From NCBI GenBank assembly GCA_965205505.1, contig CBDBHB010000009.1:2272001-2336000 (forward strand): DNA of 64,000 nt, given 5' to 3'. This stretch comes from Acidobacteriota bacterium (GTDB lineage: Bacteria > Acidobacteriota > UBA890 > WLXD01). The notes below the pieces were generated by a model. The model did no database searches. It worked only from the letters and a program-made list of their open reading frames with translations, and was not told the DNA's origin. Positions 9,482 to 19,947 of the stretch are shown in pieces; position 1 is the first letter of the stretch; each line of letters begins with the position of its first letter. The translations under genes were made by a program, and so were the position numbers.

Positions 9482-11499
9482 CGGCGGCCCACCGAGACGC
9501 GGTACATGGCGTAGGCCAACGCGCTCAGGCCGACGAATCCGGGCCAGCCGCCCAACGGGGCCGTAGCGACGCGGAACATGTCGGCGCCGAAGACCGGCGA
9601 CCAGCTCGACAGCATGATCGGCAGTGCGAGCCCGATACCGATGAGCGCCTCACCGGTGATCATGCCCGAAGCCAGCAGCAGGCCGCGCAAGGATTGCTTT
9701 CCCCCACTCGCCACCGAGGCGCGTTCCGCTGCCCACCAAACGAGACCGCCAATGAAGATCGAAGTGGTGAGCTCGAGCGGCAGGTAGATGCCGACGGCAA
9801 CCGCCAGAACCGGCGTCCGGAAGCTTGTCTTACGCGCCTCGAGCGTCTTGTCGAGCACGATGATCAATGCTGCGACCACCGCGCCGATTATGATCATTGT
9901 CCAGGGCAGGCCACCCTCGAATACCCCCGTCGCCACGCTGCTCATGAGGGTCGCCTGCGGTGCACTGAGCGAGTCGGGCTGCGCTGCTGTGGGTGGGCCG
10001 ATTCCGTAGCGCGCCTGTAGCAGGTACAACACCGGCATCATTACGAAGGCGGCTGAGACCACCCCCACCAATTCCATGACCTGCTGTCGCCAAGGCGTGG
10101 CTCCCAGCAGGTGCCCGGCCTTGAGGTCCTGCATCGTGTCGCCGGAAATCGCCGCCGCGCACGCCACCATCGCGCCAACGAACACGGCGGCGGGGGGCCC
10201 GATTGGATTGTCCGGTCCGAGCAACCAGAGCAGTATGAAAGACGTAAACAGAATCGTGGCGATCGTTACGCCGGAGATCGGGTTATTCGACGAACCGACC
10301 AGGCCGGCCATGTAGCCCGCAATGGCGGCGAAGAAGAACCCGGCGAAGAGCATCACCACCGCCAACAGCGCAGAGATCGCTGCCTGGTGGAGGACTACTT
10401 GGTACACAGCGAACATCGGGACGGCGCACAGGGCGGTGGCGATGAGCACGTAGTTCATCGGCGCGTCGCGCTCGGTCCGCACGGCGCGAGCCCCCGTGTC
10501 GGAGCGCGCAGCGCGGTAGGCGGCGATTCCGGAAGCAATTCCGCGACGCACGGGTCCGATGAGGTTGATGAGGGCCCAGAGACCGCCAATAACCATGGCG
10601 CCGACGCCCAGATAGCGGATCTGGCTGCTCCAGATGTCGTAGGCGGCGTCGACGGCGTTGCCGGCCGGCATCCCCGTCTGCCAGACGTAAATCGGGATGC
10701 CGATGAACCAGGCGATCACTCCGCCGGCAAAGACCACCGCGGCAATGTTCAAGCCGACGATGTAGCCCACGCCAACCAGCGCCGGCGAGAGATTGATGCC
10801 CAGAATCCAGATGGTTCCGAGGGCCCGGCCGCCGACCGTCAAGGTCCCGCTCCATAGGCCCATGCCGGCTTCGGCGAACTTCATCGCTGCGCCGCCGAGG
10901 GCCCCGAGCCCGAGAGCGCGGATACTTCTGCGCTGCGTCTTCTCGTCGGCCCCCTCGTCGATCAGGCCGGCGGTCTCTGCGTCGGCGCCACGCACCACGC
11001 CGCCGGTCTTGAGTACCTCGGCGGTGGCCACGCCTTCTGGGAACCGCAGTTGCTCCTCGACCACCAGGGCGCGCCGCAGCGGGATGCTGAAGAGCACGCC
11101 TACAACCCCGCCGACGGCGGCGACCGCGGTCACCTGCCAATAGTCGAAAGACTCCCAGTGCCCCATCAGCACCAGCGCCGGAATGGTGAAGATGACACCG
11201 GCAGCCAGCGACTCACCGGCCGAAGCCGCCGTTTGGACTAGGTTGTTCTCGAGTATGTTCGAGTTGCGGAAGCCACGCAGCACCGCCATCGATACCACAG
11301 CAGCCGGAATCGATGCCGAGACGGTCATGCCGGCGAATAGCCCGAGGTAAGCGTTGGCACCGCCCAGAACGATGGCCAGCAGGATCCCGAGAACAACACC
11401 CTTGAGGGTCAGCTCCGGCAATCGTACGGACGCCGGGACGACGGGCGCTACCGTGCCGCGAGAGTCGAGGCTCTCGGGCGATGCGGGGTCGTTGGGCAT
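9478..11499 (-). CDS. OPT family oligopeptide transporter
   Basis: ELTLKG, ANAYLGLFAGMTVSASIPAAV, ENNLVQTAASAGES, FPEGVATAEVL, SSNNPISG, QDLKAGHLLGATPWRQQ, APQATLM. Confidence 0.95.
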   Translation of the reverse strand: MPNDPASPESLDSRGTVAPVVPASVRLPELTLKGVVLGILLAIVLGGANAYLGLFAGMTVSASIPAAVVSMAVLRGFRNSNILENNLVQTAASAGESLAAGVIFTIPALVLMGHWESFDYWQVTAVAAVGGVVGVLFSIPLRRALVVEEQLRFPEGVATAEVLKTGGVVRGADAETAGLIDEGADEKTQRRSIRALGLGALGGAAMKFAEAGMGLWSGTLTVGGRALGTIWILGINLSPALVGVGYIVGLNIAAVVFAGGVIAWFIGIPIYVWQTGMPAGNAVDAAYDIWSSQIRYLGVGAMVIGGLWALINLIGPVRRGIASGIAAYRAARSDTGARAVRTERDAPMNYVLIATALCAVPMFAVYQVVLHQAAISALLAVVMLFAGFFFAAIAGYMAGLVGSSNNPISGVTIATILFTSFILLWLLGPDNPIGPPAAVFVGAMVACAAAISGDTMQDLKAGHLLGATPWRQQVMELVGVVSAAFVMMPVLYLLQARYGIGPPTAAQPDSLSAPQATLMSSVATGVFEGGLPWTMIIIGAVVAALIIVLDKTLEARKTSFRTPVLAVAVGIYLPLELTTSIFIGGLVWWAAERASVASGGKQSLRGLLLASGMITGEALIGIGLALPIMLSSWSPVFGADMFRVATAPLGGWPGFVGLSALAYAMYRVSVGRR

Positions 11500-11544
11500 G
11501 CTGGCTCGGTCGGGAGTCTGGATGCGGGCAGATTCGCGACCCTA

Positions 11545-13386
11545 TCAGCTGCCCTCCAGCTTCTCCACCAGCGTGTCGAGAGCGTCGCCCAGCGAAGCAG
11601 CGATCTCGTAGACGGCGCTATGGCCCTCGACGATCGCATAGGCTCGGCTCGAGGCGTCAGGCTCGGCGCTCGGGATCTCGCCGCCAAGCTCGATGTTGGC
11701 CACCGACGCACCGTCGATGGATGCCTGGAGCCGATAGCGCGGCGACGCCAGACCATAGGCTGCTAGATCAGGGGCGTTTTCCGACCACTCCGTGGTGACC
11801 CCCTCCATGCGCAGGTAGTTGAGGTCCCACATTAGATCGGAGACGTCGCTGGTCTCTATCGAGCCGCCGTCGGCAAGCGACCAGTCGCTGTCGTTCTTGC
11901 TCAGCGAATAGTGCCGGTCGGCCGTCTCGATGCGGATCTCGTCGAGATCGGCCTGAGTGAACTCGATAAGCGTCTTGGCGCGTAGCTCGAAGAGATCGAC
12001 GTTCAGATCAAAGGTGTCATCCGTCGGCACCAAGTAGACGGTGTCGTCGAGTGAGGTGCTTACATAGGCAGCCTCGACTTCTTCGACGTCCTCGTCGCCG
12101 GCTTCCGAAAGCGGTACGATCGACCGAGTGCCGCCGGTGCGAATCTCGATCGTCTCGACGACGGCGCTGTCTTCGTCGCCGTTCGCGCTCATACCGACCG
12201 TGACGATCGTCTCGTCGAGAGTGGCTCCGGCGCTAGCTGCGGCGAACCCCTCGGCGCGCAGATCCTCGAGCGCGCTGAGCAGTCGCGATACCACCGACGA
12301 GTCGGCGTCGAGCTGCCGGGGCTCGGTGATTTTCCAGTCGCTGCCGTCACGCTCGAGGCGAATCGGAGCGGCACCCGCCCGCTGCACCATGAGCGTGCGG
12401 ACGCGCGCTCGCGCCAGCACGATGACCTGTTTGTTGCGCAGCCCGTCGACGGTCGCAGGCACGTCATCGAGCAGATCGCTCTCGACGACGAACACCGACG
12501 TGCCGCCGGCTCGCATGGCGTAGAAGCCTTCGTCGTCGGGTGCCGCAATGCCGATGACCAGGCCGTGCGACGCATCGTCTTCGGTTCGCAACGTGATCGT
12601 CGCGGTCGGCTCCACGAGCCCGTATTCGCCCAGCTGCGCCGGTGTGGGCTCGGCGTCGATCAGGAACGACGTCGCCTCGGCGGTGTGCAGCGTCGACAGC
12701 AGGTCGTCGATCGTATCGCCATCGGCACGACCATCGAACGGTGCTGTAGCCCGCCACTGTAGCTCCTCGTCGTCCCCGGTCGCGGCCTCGAGAGCGGCGT
12801 GAAACGTGCCGCGCGACAGGTCGATGCGGCGCACCGCATCCTCATCGAACACCAACACCGACTTGTTGCGCAGGTCGAAGAGCGACTTGTCGAGCGCATC
12901 CTTGAGGCCGCGCACGGCGCTGTGGACATTGCCGCCCTCGCCGACCGTTACGTAGACGTTGGACCCGACTGGCGTGTCGTTGCCGACCGCCAAGATTGCG
13001 CGTTCGCCGTCTGACAACTCCAGGGTGACCCGTGCAATCGGTTCTGCGAGCCCGTAGGGAGCCAGGTCGTCGGCCGCCTCCGAGATCAGGCGCTCGTGCT
13101 TGCCGCTCTCCAGGCGGTCCACCATTGAGTCGATCGCAGCACCGTCGGCGGCAATCGTCACCGGAGCCACGATGCCCCACTCTCCGTCGACCTTGGTAGC
13201 CCGCAGGGTGCCGGCGGAGGTAGTGAGCTCGACCGCCGTCACCTGATCCGACTCGAAATGCAGCAGCAACTCTTCCTGGCGCTCGGTCTCCTCGCGCTCC
13301 GCTCGCCCCTGGACCTCGTAGAAGTACACAAAGCCGCCGACGAGGACCAGCACGACGGCCATGATCAACGTGTTGCGGATCTGCAT
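11545..13386 (-). CDS. DUF4340 domain-containing protein (about three repeats), N-terminal membrane anchor
   Basis: Repeated 'DLA.YGL..P' and 'LR.K.ll' motifs; last gene of Gld-like ABC operon. Confidence 0.8.
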   Translation of the reverse strand: MQIRNTLIMAVVLVLVGGFVYFYEVQGRAEREETERQEELLLHFESDQVTAVELTTSAGTLRATKVDGEWGIVAPVTIAADGAAIDSMVDRLESGKHERLISEAADDLAPYGLAEPIARVTLELSDGERAILAVGNDTPVGSNVYVTVGEGGNVHSAVRGLKDALDKSLFDLRNKSVLVFDEDAVRRIDLSRGTFHAALEAATGDDEELQWRATAPFDGRADGDTIDDLLSTLHTAEATSFLIDAEPTPAQLGEYGLVEPTATITLRTEDDASHGLVIGIAAPDDEGFYAMRAGGTSVFVVESDLLDDVPATVDGLRNKQVIVLARARVRTLMVQRAGAAPIRLERDGSDWKITEPRQLDADSSVVSRLLSALEDLRAEGFAAASAGATLDETIVTVGMSANGDEDSAVVETIEIRTGGTRSIVPLSEAGDEDVEEVEAAYVSTSLDDTVYLVPTDDTFDLNVDLFELRAKTLIEFTQADLDEIRIETADRHYSLSKNDSDWSLADGGSIETSDVSDLMWDLNYLRMEGVTTEWSENAPDLAAYGLASPRYRLQASIDGASVANIELGGEIPSAEPDASSRAYAIVEGHSAVYEIAASLGDALDTLVEKLEGS

Positions 13387-13390
13387 TTTC

Positions 13391-15004
13391 CTACCTGCGC
13401 CGTCTGAGCCAGACCAACATGCCGCAGAACAGGATCAGCTCCGGCAGCAACAGCACGGCGATGTAGAAGACAGCCTGGCTCTCGTTGGCGGTCAGCATGA
13501 CGCGCGAAGCGCGTGTTTGCCGCGGCCTGATCGAGATCAATTGTTCCTCGCCCCCCAACCAGCTGATCGCGTTCAAGAAGAGGTCCTGGTTGAAGAAGTT
13601 GTTGATGTAGCGATTGCTGATCCACTCGGAGTCGCCGAACACCACCAGTCGCCCCTCGAGATCTGAAGGAGCCTCCTCGGCGGAGTCGGCATCGGTGCTC
13701 GACGCTGTTATCTCGCCGCCCCGGGCAGTGGCGATGAGCGGCGGTGTCCAGTCGAGCGCCGCGCCTGTAGCGGTTGCCGCTACCCCCACGGCGAGCGGAC
13801 CGCCCCGCTCGTCACCGCGTTCGACCTCGCCGCTGCCGAACAAGCGTTCTAGGTCGGTCTCTGCCCACGAGCTGGAGCTCGTCAGGGCGAGCTCATCGAC
13901 CACGATACCCTCGGGGGTATCCTCCGTCGCTGCCACGCTCCGTACGAGCTGGTAGATAGTGCGCTCACGGAAGCCGCTGGTGATCTCGTGTGTGCCGTAG
14001 TTGCCGACCACCGGCTCGACGCCCAGGGTGGCCCCGGCGAACAACTGGACGAACTCTTCGATGATCACGTCGTCCCCGAGCGTGACGCCGCGCTCAGCCA
14101 GCAGCGGGCGGAGCTCGTCGCCTTGTTGGGGATCGATCAGCACGATCGCCTTGCCGCCGCGCCGCAGGTAGCGCCCAAGCGTCTCGACCTCGCGCTCCAG
14201 GAGGGGCCGCTCGGCGCCGGCCAAAATGAGAACATCGGCATCGGCGGGCACGTCGGGGACGCTGGCCAACACCAGCGGCTCGAATTCATAGCCCTCGTTG
14301 TCGAGCGCCGCCTTGGCGAGACCGAAACCTCTCGGGGCGGTCGAATCGTCCGGGTCGAGCTCATCGTGCCCGGATACGTAGTAGGCCACCTTGCGTCTCG
14401 CTGACGTGAGTCGGATCAGGGTATTGATGATTCCGGCCTCGTCGATCTCGGTGATCTTGGCGGTCTCGTCGCCGGCCGTGATGTGCAACGTTCCATACTG
14501 GCTGATCTCGTACGTCTGGGCGACCTCGGGGCTCTTGTCCGGATCGATGAACTCGTAGCTGAACCGCGATGACACCGCGGCGATACCGTCGAGCAGGTCG
14601 CGCGTGGCTCCCTCCTCACCTTCGCGGTAGAAGCCGCGCGCCATGACGTCGACCTCGAGCCCGTCAAACAGCTGGGTCGTCTGCGGCGCCAGCGAGAAGA
14701 CGCCCTGCTCAGTGACATCCCAACGCCACGACCGCTGGGCGGCGAAGTAGTTCACCGCCACGATGACCGCCAGGGTCAGCAGCGTGTACACGACGGCGTT
14801 GGTGCCGTGCTTGGCTTGCCGGCCGCTGACCGACTCCTTGAGCGAGTCGATGTGAGTAAACAGGTACAGGGCCAGCATCATGCCGCCGAGAATCAGGTGC
14901 GCTAGCACGTACACCGACGACCAGTTGCCTGAGAGCAGACCCGAAAGCAGCCCGAAGACGAGAACAATGACGCCGAGCGGGCCGAACGTCCGATAGTCCC
15001 TCAT
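13391..15004 (-). CDS. GldG family ABC-transporter auxiliary component
   Basis: RWDVTEQGVFSLAPQT, YEFIDPD, AYYVSGHDE, RLVVFGDSEW, NQDLFLNAISWL, ISIRP; C-terminal TM ending WLRRRR. Confidence 0.88.
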   Translation of the reverse strand: MRDYRTFGPLGVIVLVFGLLSGLLSGNWSSVYVLAHLILGGMMLALYLFTHIDSLKESVSGRQAKHGTNAVVYTLLTLAVIVAVNYFAAQRSWRWDVTEQGVFSLAPQTTQLFDGLEVDVMARGFYREGEEGATRDLLDGIAAVSSRFSYEFIDPDKSPEVAQTYEISQYGTLHITAGDETAKITEIDEAGIINTLIRLTSARRKVAYYVSGHDELDPDDSTAPRGFGLAKAALDNEGYEFEPLVLASVPDVPADADVLILAGAERPLLEREVETLGRYLRRGGKAIVLIDPQQGDELRPLLAERGVTLGDDVIIEEFVQLFAGATLGVEPVVGNYGTHEITSGFRERTIYQLVRSVAATEDTPEGIVVDELALTSSSSWAETDLERLFGSGEVERGDERGGPLAVGVAATATGAALDWTPPLIATARGGEITASSTDADSAEEAPSDLEGRLVVFGDSEWISNRYINNFFNQDLFLNAISWLGGEEQLISIRPRQTRASRVMLTANESQAVFYIAVLLLPELILFCGMLVWLRRRR

Positions 15005-15009
15005 TCGCC

Positions 15010-15783
15010 CTATCTCCAGCGCAGCGACTCGAGCGAGCGCTGCGAAAGAAAAAGTCCGATGGCCACGAGGCTCAGGTAGTAGATCACGTCCTCCGCCTTC
15101 ACCAGGCCGCGCATCAGGTCACTGGAATGGTCGGTAATCGAAAGGTAGCGCAGCACGGCGCCGAACGGCTCGCCAACGGCGTCGGCGGGCCACGAGATCA
15201 GCAATAGCATCAGCAATAGGCCGCCGGCGAGAACTCCGGCGACTATCTGGCTGTCCGTCAGTGTCGACGTGAACAGGCCGAGGGCGATCGCCGACAAACC
15301 GATCAGCAGCAGGCCGAGGTAGCCGGTGAGGATCCGTGGTATCTCGGGGTCGCCGAAGTACATCAGCACCAAGGGGTAGACGAAGAACAGCCCAAGCAGC
15401 ACGAGCAGAAAGCACGCTGCACCGAGGAACTTGCCGAAGGTGATCTCGAGGGTGCTGATCGGCGAGGTCAACAGCAATTCGTCGGTGCCGCGGGCACGCT
15501 CCTCGGCGAATAACCGCATGGTCACCAGCGGCATGATCAAAATGAACACCACGGTGACGTTGCCCAGCAGGCGCGTGATCACCATGTCGTTGAGGTTCAT
15601 CTGCTGCATCATGTCGGGCCGTTGCATCGACGAGTAGATCGCCACGAAGCGGGAGAACTGCGCCAGCATGTTCCAGAACATGAAGCCGGTGATCAGCAGG
15701 AAGCCGGCGAGCACGACGTAGGCGATGGGCGACAGGAAGTAGGCCCGCAGCTCCTTGTAGGCGAGCGCCCAGACGTTGCTCAT
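15010..15783 (-). CDS. ABC-2 permease (GldF-like)
   Basis: KELRAYFLSPIAYVV, PLVTMRLFAEERARGTDELLLTSP, GKFLG, SQIVA motifs. Confidence 0.92.
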   Translation of the reverse strand: MSNVWALAYKELRAYFLSPIAYVVLAGFLLITGFMFWNMLAQFSRFVAIYSSMQRPDMMQQMNLNDMVITRLLGNVTVVFILIMPLVTMRLFAEERARGTDELLLTSPISTLEITFGKFLGAACFLLVLLGLFFVYPLVLMYFGDPEIPRILTGYLGLLLIGLSAIALGLFTSTLTDSQIVAGVLAGGLLLMLLLISWPADAVGEPFGAVLRYLSITDHSSDLMRGLVKAEDVIYYLSLVAIGLFLSQRSLESLRWR

Positions 15784-16661
15784 TCCCCACCTCCGTTATC
15801 GTTGGTCGGCGACGCGCCGTGGTGGCCGGCGGTGAGCTCGTTCTCCTCGGCCACGTCGCCGGCGCTGGCGGTCGACTCGTTGTTCTCGGCCACGTCCTCG
15901 GCTCCGTCGGCCGCAGCCTTCGCGTGCTCGTCGGCCGCGGCCTCGTCCTCGACCACGTCGCTGGTAGTGACTCGTAGGAACACCTGCTCGAGGTCCTCTG
16001 TCGCGGTCAACGAGTCGGTCGTATCGTCGGCAACGATCTGGCCGCGCGAGATGATCACGACCCTGTCGCACAGCTGCGTCACCTCGGGGAGGATGTGTGT
16101 CGACAGGATCACGGTGCGATCGCTGGCCAGCGACTTGATGAGCTTGCGGATGCCGATCACCTGCTTGGGATCGAGTCCGATGGTGGGCTCGTCGAGCACG
16201 ATTACCTCGGGCTCGTGGACGATAGCCTGGGCGATGGCGACGCGCTGTTTGTAGCCCCGCGACAGCGTGCTGATCGGGTGTGAGGCAACGTCGGTGGTTG
16301 CCGTGGCTTCAAGAGCGCGATCGATCGCGGCCCGCCGTTGTGCTCTGCCGACCCCATTGATCGCTGCCACGAAATGGAGGAAGGCGCGCGGCGTGAACTC
16401 GGGATACAGGGGCGGATTCTCCGGAAGGTAGCCGACGCGTTTCCGTACTTCCTTAGCCTCGTCGAATACGTCGAACCCGGCCACCCTCGCCGTGCCGCTT
16501 GTGGCCGGCATGTACCCGGTAAGAATTCGCATCGTGGTGGTCTTGCCGGATCCGTTCGGGCCCAGGAGTCCGAGGATCTCGCCGCGGGAGGCCGTGAAGC
16601 TCACGTTCTGGATCGCAGCGTGACGCCCGTAGAATTTCGTTAGCTGTTCAACCTCGATCAT
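15780..16661 (-). CDS. ABC transporter ATP-binding protein (GldA-like)
   Basis: Walker A GPNGSGKT, signature LSRGYKQR, Walker B IVLDEP, STHIL; acidic low-complexity tail. Confidence 0.95.
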   Translation of the reverse strand: MIEVEQLTKFYGRHAAIQNVSFTASRGEILGLLGPNGSGKTTTMRILTGYMPATSGTARVAGFDVFDEAKEVRKRVGYLPENPPLYPEFTPRAFLHFVAAINGVGRAQRRAAIDRALEATATTDVASHPISTLSRGYKQRVAIAQAIVHEPEVIVLDEPTIGLDPKQVIGIRKLIKSLASDRTVILSTHILPEVTQLCDRVVIISRGQIVADDTTDSLTATEDLEQVFLRVTTSDVVEDEAAADEHAKAAADGAEDVAENNESTASAGDVAEENELTAGHHGASPTNDNGGGE

Positions 16662-16787
16662 CGCGTATTTCGAACACCTTCCAAGTCAGACTGATCGCGA
16701 GGGGCGACACCGCCAGAACGGGCGGCGAGGCGCAGCGGCATTCGCGCGCGTCAATAATCCTAACAAACCGTTGCTACACTTGCATCC

Positions 16788-18854
16788 GTGAGGTTTTCGG
16801 TTTCCCGCTGGACGATTCCGCTCGCGGTGGCGCTTGTCGCCGTCGGCGTCACGGGTCTGCCGGGAGCCGAGCGCTCGCATGCTCTGACGGCGCTACTCGG
16901 CGCTTTGCTTCTGGCGGTTGCGGCCGGCTGGTATTGGACCTTGGACGCGCGCGCCCAGCCGGAGCCGCTCGCCAAGACGCGCGTCGCGGGCGTGGCGTTG
17001 TCCGGCCTCGTGCTGACGCTGCTCTACCTACTGCTGGTGGCGGCCCTCGGACTGCCGTCGGGACTGGCGCGGTTCCTGTACGCAGTGTGTCTCGGCGTTG
17101 CGGCGATTGCTTTGGTGGTGGCGCTGTCGGTGGCCATCGACTTGGCGCAGCTAACCCGGCTACGCGCCGCCCGCTATCTGGCGACCATGCTCTTGGTCGG
17201 GGTGGCGTTCACGCTGGTGGCGACGGTGGCGCGAGCTCACCCGGGCACCGAGCCAATGTCCTTCACCGACCCGGCTCTGGCGCAGGCGGCGCTCGTATTG
17301 CTGGCTGCCCTGCTCGCCTACATCGCGCCCACCGAGTGGGTCTTCGTTCTCGATACGCGACAGCGGTTGGCAGTGTTCGTCGGCTGGATCGTAGCGTTAA
17401 TGCCGCTGTCCGGCGCGATGGCGGTGGCTCGCCTGGTTCCCTTGGAGCATCAGCACCTGCTGGTCGAGTTCGTGCGACTGGCGGCGCTGCTCTGCATCGT
17501 CTACCTGGTAGTCGTTCTGGCAAGGGCAACGCTGGCGCTGCCCGGAGCACGTGCCTACGAGCGCAAGGTACGCGACCTCGATGCCATCTATGACTTCAAC
17601 CTCACCGCCGGCTCGGCGTTCAACTCGCAGGAAATGCATTCCGCGGTGCTCGATTCAATGCTTGCCGTGTCGGAGCCCGACGTGGCGGTATTGGTGGAGC
17701 CCGATGCCGATAGCTCTGGCTGCTCGTGTGTTCTGTTGCGGGTCGATGGTTCCGGAAAGCACGTGTATCGATTCAACAGCCGTACCCCGTGGCTGGCGCT
17801 GGCAGAGCGCTTCACCGACCGCCGGCCGGTGGTTGTAGTTGATCATCGCAAGGCGCCGCCGGGGGTACTGGTGCGGATCTGGGAGCCGGAATCCGGCAGC
17901 TCGGTAATCGTTCCGGTGATTCCGCACGAGGGTGCCCCGCGCGCCGTCCTGATCGCCGGCCGCTTCGAGACCTACGCCTTCGATCAGGGAGAGGTACGTA
18001 GCCTCGCGGGGTTCGCTAACCAGGTCGCCCTGGCGATGGATCACGCACGATTGCTGCGCGACACAGTGGAGGCCGAGCGCCGGCAGCGCGAGCTCGAGAT
18101 TGCCCGCGAGTTTCAGATGAACCTGCTGCCGACCGAGCCGCCGGAAGTTGACGGCTTCGATATCGCCGCACGTTCCGAGCCGGCAACCGAGGTCGGCGGT
18201 GATTATTACGACTACCTGACGTTACGGAACGGCAACCTGGGCATCGTGGTCGGCGACGTCGCCGGGCACGGCATGCGCGCCGGGATGCTGATGGCGATGG
18301 CCAAGAGCGCCATCTACACGCATGGCCAATCCGACGAATCACCCACCGTGCTGATGGAGCGTCTCAACGAGACCCTGCTGCACATGTCTGCCGACAACCA
18401 GTTCATGACGATGGTCTTCTGCGAGCTCGATCAGGGCAACCGTTCGTACCGCTATTCGAACGCCGGGCACCATTACCCGCTGCACATTCGTCATGGCTCG
18501 GGAACCGTGGAAGAACTGGAGTCCAACGGTCTTCCGCTGGGCATGCTGCCGCGTGCTCCGGGCCCGTTCATCGAGCGCGACCTGAACCCGGGAGATGTGC
18601 TGGTGTTCTATTCCGACGGGGTTGTCGAGGCGGGCGAGAGCGCCGGCGAGATGTTCGGCGTCGGACGACTCGGCGAGGTGGTACTTGCGAACCGCACGCG
18701 GGATGCAAAGACTGTAGTAGAGGCCGTCTTCCGCGCGGTCCGCAGGTACAGTGGGGACGAGCCCCTTGCCGACGACGCTACGATCGTCGTCCTACGCGCG
18801 TTGCAAGACCAACCCCTGATGGAGGCAAACGATGCTCAGACAGCGCACAGCTAG
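16788..18854 (+). CDS. Multi-TM GAF + PP2C (SpoIIE/RsbU-type) serine phosphatase
   Basis: Hydrophobic N-terminal third; GAF-like 'VRSLAGFANQVALAMDHARL'; VGGDYYD, GDVAGHG, NAGH, YSDGVVEA, DDATIV. Confidence 0.92.
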   Translation: MRFSVSRWTIPLAVALVAVGVTGLPGAERSHALTALLGALLLAVAAGWYWTLDARAQPEPLAKTRVAGVALSGLVLTLLYLLLVAALGLPSGLARFLYAVCLGVAAIALVVALSVAIDLAQLTRLRAARYLATMLLVGVAFTLVATVARAHPGTEPMSFTDPALAQAALVLLAALLAYIAPTEWVFVLDTRQRLAVFVGWIVALMPLSGAMAVARLVPLEHQHLLVEFVRLAALLCIVYLVVVLARATLALPGARAYERKVRDLDAIYDFNLTAGSAFNSQEMHSAVLDSMLAVSEPDVAVLVEPDADSSGCSCVLLRVDGSGKHVYRFNSRTPWLALAERFTDRRPVVVVDHRKAPPGVLVRIWEPESGSSVIVPVIPHEGAPRAVLIAGRFETYAFDQGEVRSLAGFANQVALAMDHARLLRDTVEAERRQRELEIAREFQMNLLPTEPPEVDGFDIAARSEPATEVGGDYYDYLTLRNGNLGIVVGDVAGHGMRAGMLMAMAKSAIYTHGQSDESPTVLMERLNETLLHMSADNQFMTMVFCELDQGNRSYRYSNAGHHYPLHIRHGSGTVEELESNGLPLGMLPRAPGPFIERDLNPGDVLVFYSDGVVEAGESAGEMFGVGRLGEVVLANRTRDAKTVVEAVFRAVRRYSGDEPLADDATIVVLRALQDQPLMEANDAQTAHS

Positions 18855-19947
18855 CCGCAGATCGATTACCCCTTGGGTCGCGGGCTTGGCTGCGACGGCA
18901 CTGATGCTCGCGTCCGGGGCGCCGCCAGCGGGCGCTCAGAGCCTATCCGGGCCGTCCGCCGGAGAGTCAATCGCCGACTGGACGGCTCGCTGGTTCGAGG
19001 GTCCGGTGTCGCTGATCGCGACGGGCGAAGAGGGGGAGATGTTCAATGCTCTCGCCACAACGCAGGAGCGCCTGCAGTTTATCAGGCTGTTCTGGGAGCG
19101 CCGCGATCCGCTGCTGCGAGGTCCACGCAACGAATACCTCGACGAGTTCGAGCGCCGACTCGCGTATGCGATGGAGAACTTCGAGTCACGCAGCGAACCG
19201 GCCTGGGAAACCGCTTTCGGTCAGATGGTCATGCACTTCGGTCTCCCGGACCGTACCCGCCGTGAGGGTTCCTACCCAGACGGGCTTTCCAGTCGGCCGC
19301 CCATTCTCTGGTCGTACGACGAGCAGCATCCGGGCCTGGAGCCTAACGAGATGCTGCTGTTCGTGTACCGCGCCGGTCGCTGGAAGCTGATGCCGCAGCA
19401 GCCCATCGGAGTATCTGGGATTCCGGTGCAGGCGCGGCTCGCTGAAGCACGTTCCTTGCTACCTGGCATCCCGGCGGGGTATCAGCAGGCTATCGAGCTG
19501 GCCATCGATCGCTCCCTGGTCAACCCGGTCAACTACCAGGCGGCAATTAGCGACGTGCGCACCGCAGTTCTGCTTCCGGACGCCCAGATCCCGTTCGGAT
19601 GGTCGACGCGGCAGGCCGCGGCGGCGGGTGGCAAAGTGGGCATCGAAATCGAGCTGACCTTCCGCCTCGACTCGTTGGTCTTTCATCTCGTCGAGGGTGC
19701 GTTCACCACCGACATGGTCATCGATGCGCAGTTGCTGAGCGGCGATGAGCCTTTGGCGTTGGCCTCGGAGCGGGTGGTGATAACCGTTCCGGAGGCCGAG
19801 ATGGAGGGTCGTCGCCAAGAGGTCGTGCAGCGCACAATCAACATGCAAGCAGCACCGGGAGAATACACGCTCGAACTGATGCTGCTGGACCAGCTGCTCG
19901 GCTACCGCACGGTCTACCGGGAAGATCTCCAGGTGAGGTCGCCATGA
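18832..19947 (+). CDS. GWxTD domain-containing exported protein (variant motif AWETA)
   Basis: Signal peptide; W.EGPVSLI, FIRLFWERRDP, NEYLDEFERRLAYA.ENF, AWETAFG..VMHFGLPD; Ig-like C-terminus (PGEYTLEL). Confidence 0.8.
   Translation: MLRQRTASRRSITPWVAGLAATALMLASGAPPAGAQSLSGPSAGESIADWTARWFEGPVSLIATGEEGEMFNALATTQERLQFIRLFWERRDPLLRGPRNEYLDEFERRLAYAMENFESRSEPAWETAFGQMVMHFGLPDRTRREGSYPDGLSSRPPILWSYDEQHPGLEPNEMLLFVYRAGRWKLMPQQPIGVSGIPVQARLAEARSLLPGIPAGYQQAIELAIDRSLVNPVNYQAAISDVRTAVLLPDAQIPFGWSTRQAAAAGGKVGIEIELTFRLDSLVFHLVEGAFTTDMVIDAQLLSGDEPLALASERVVITVPEAEMEGRRQEVVQRTINMQAAPGEYTLELMLLDQLLGYRTVYREDLQVRSP

Noticed and set aside
15790-15960. Internal repeat in the ATPase tail (DVAENNE/DVAEENE)
   Set aside because: Low-complexity acidic tail; no sign of a separate element
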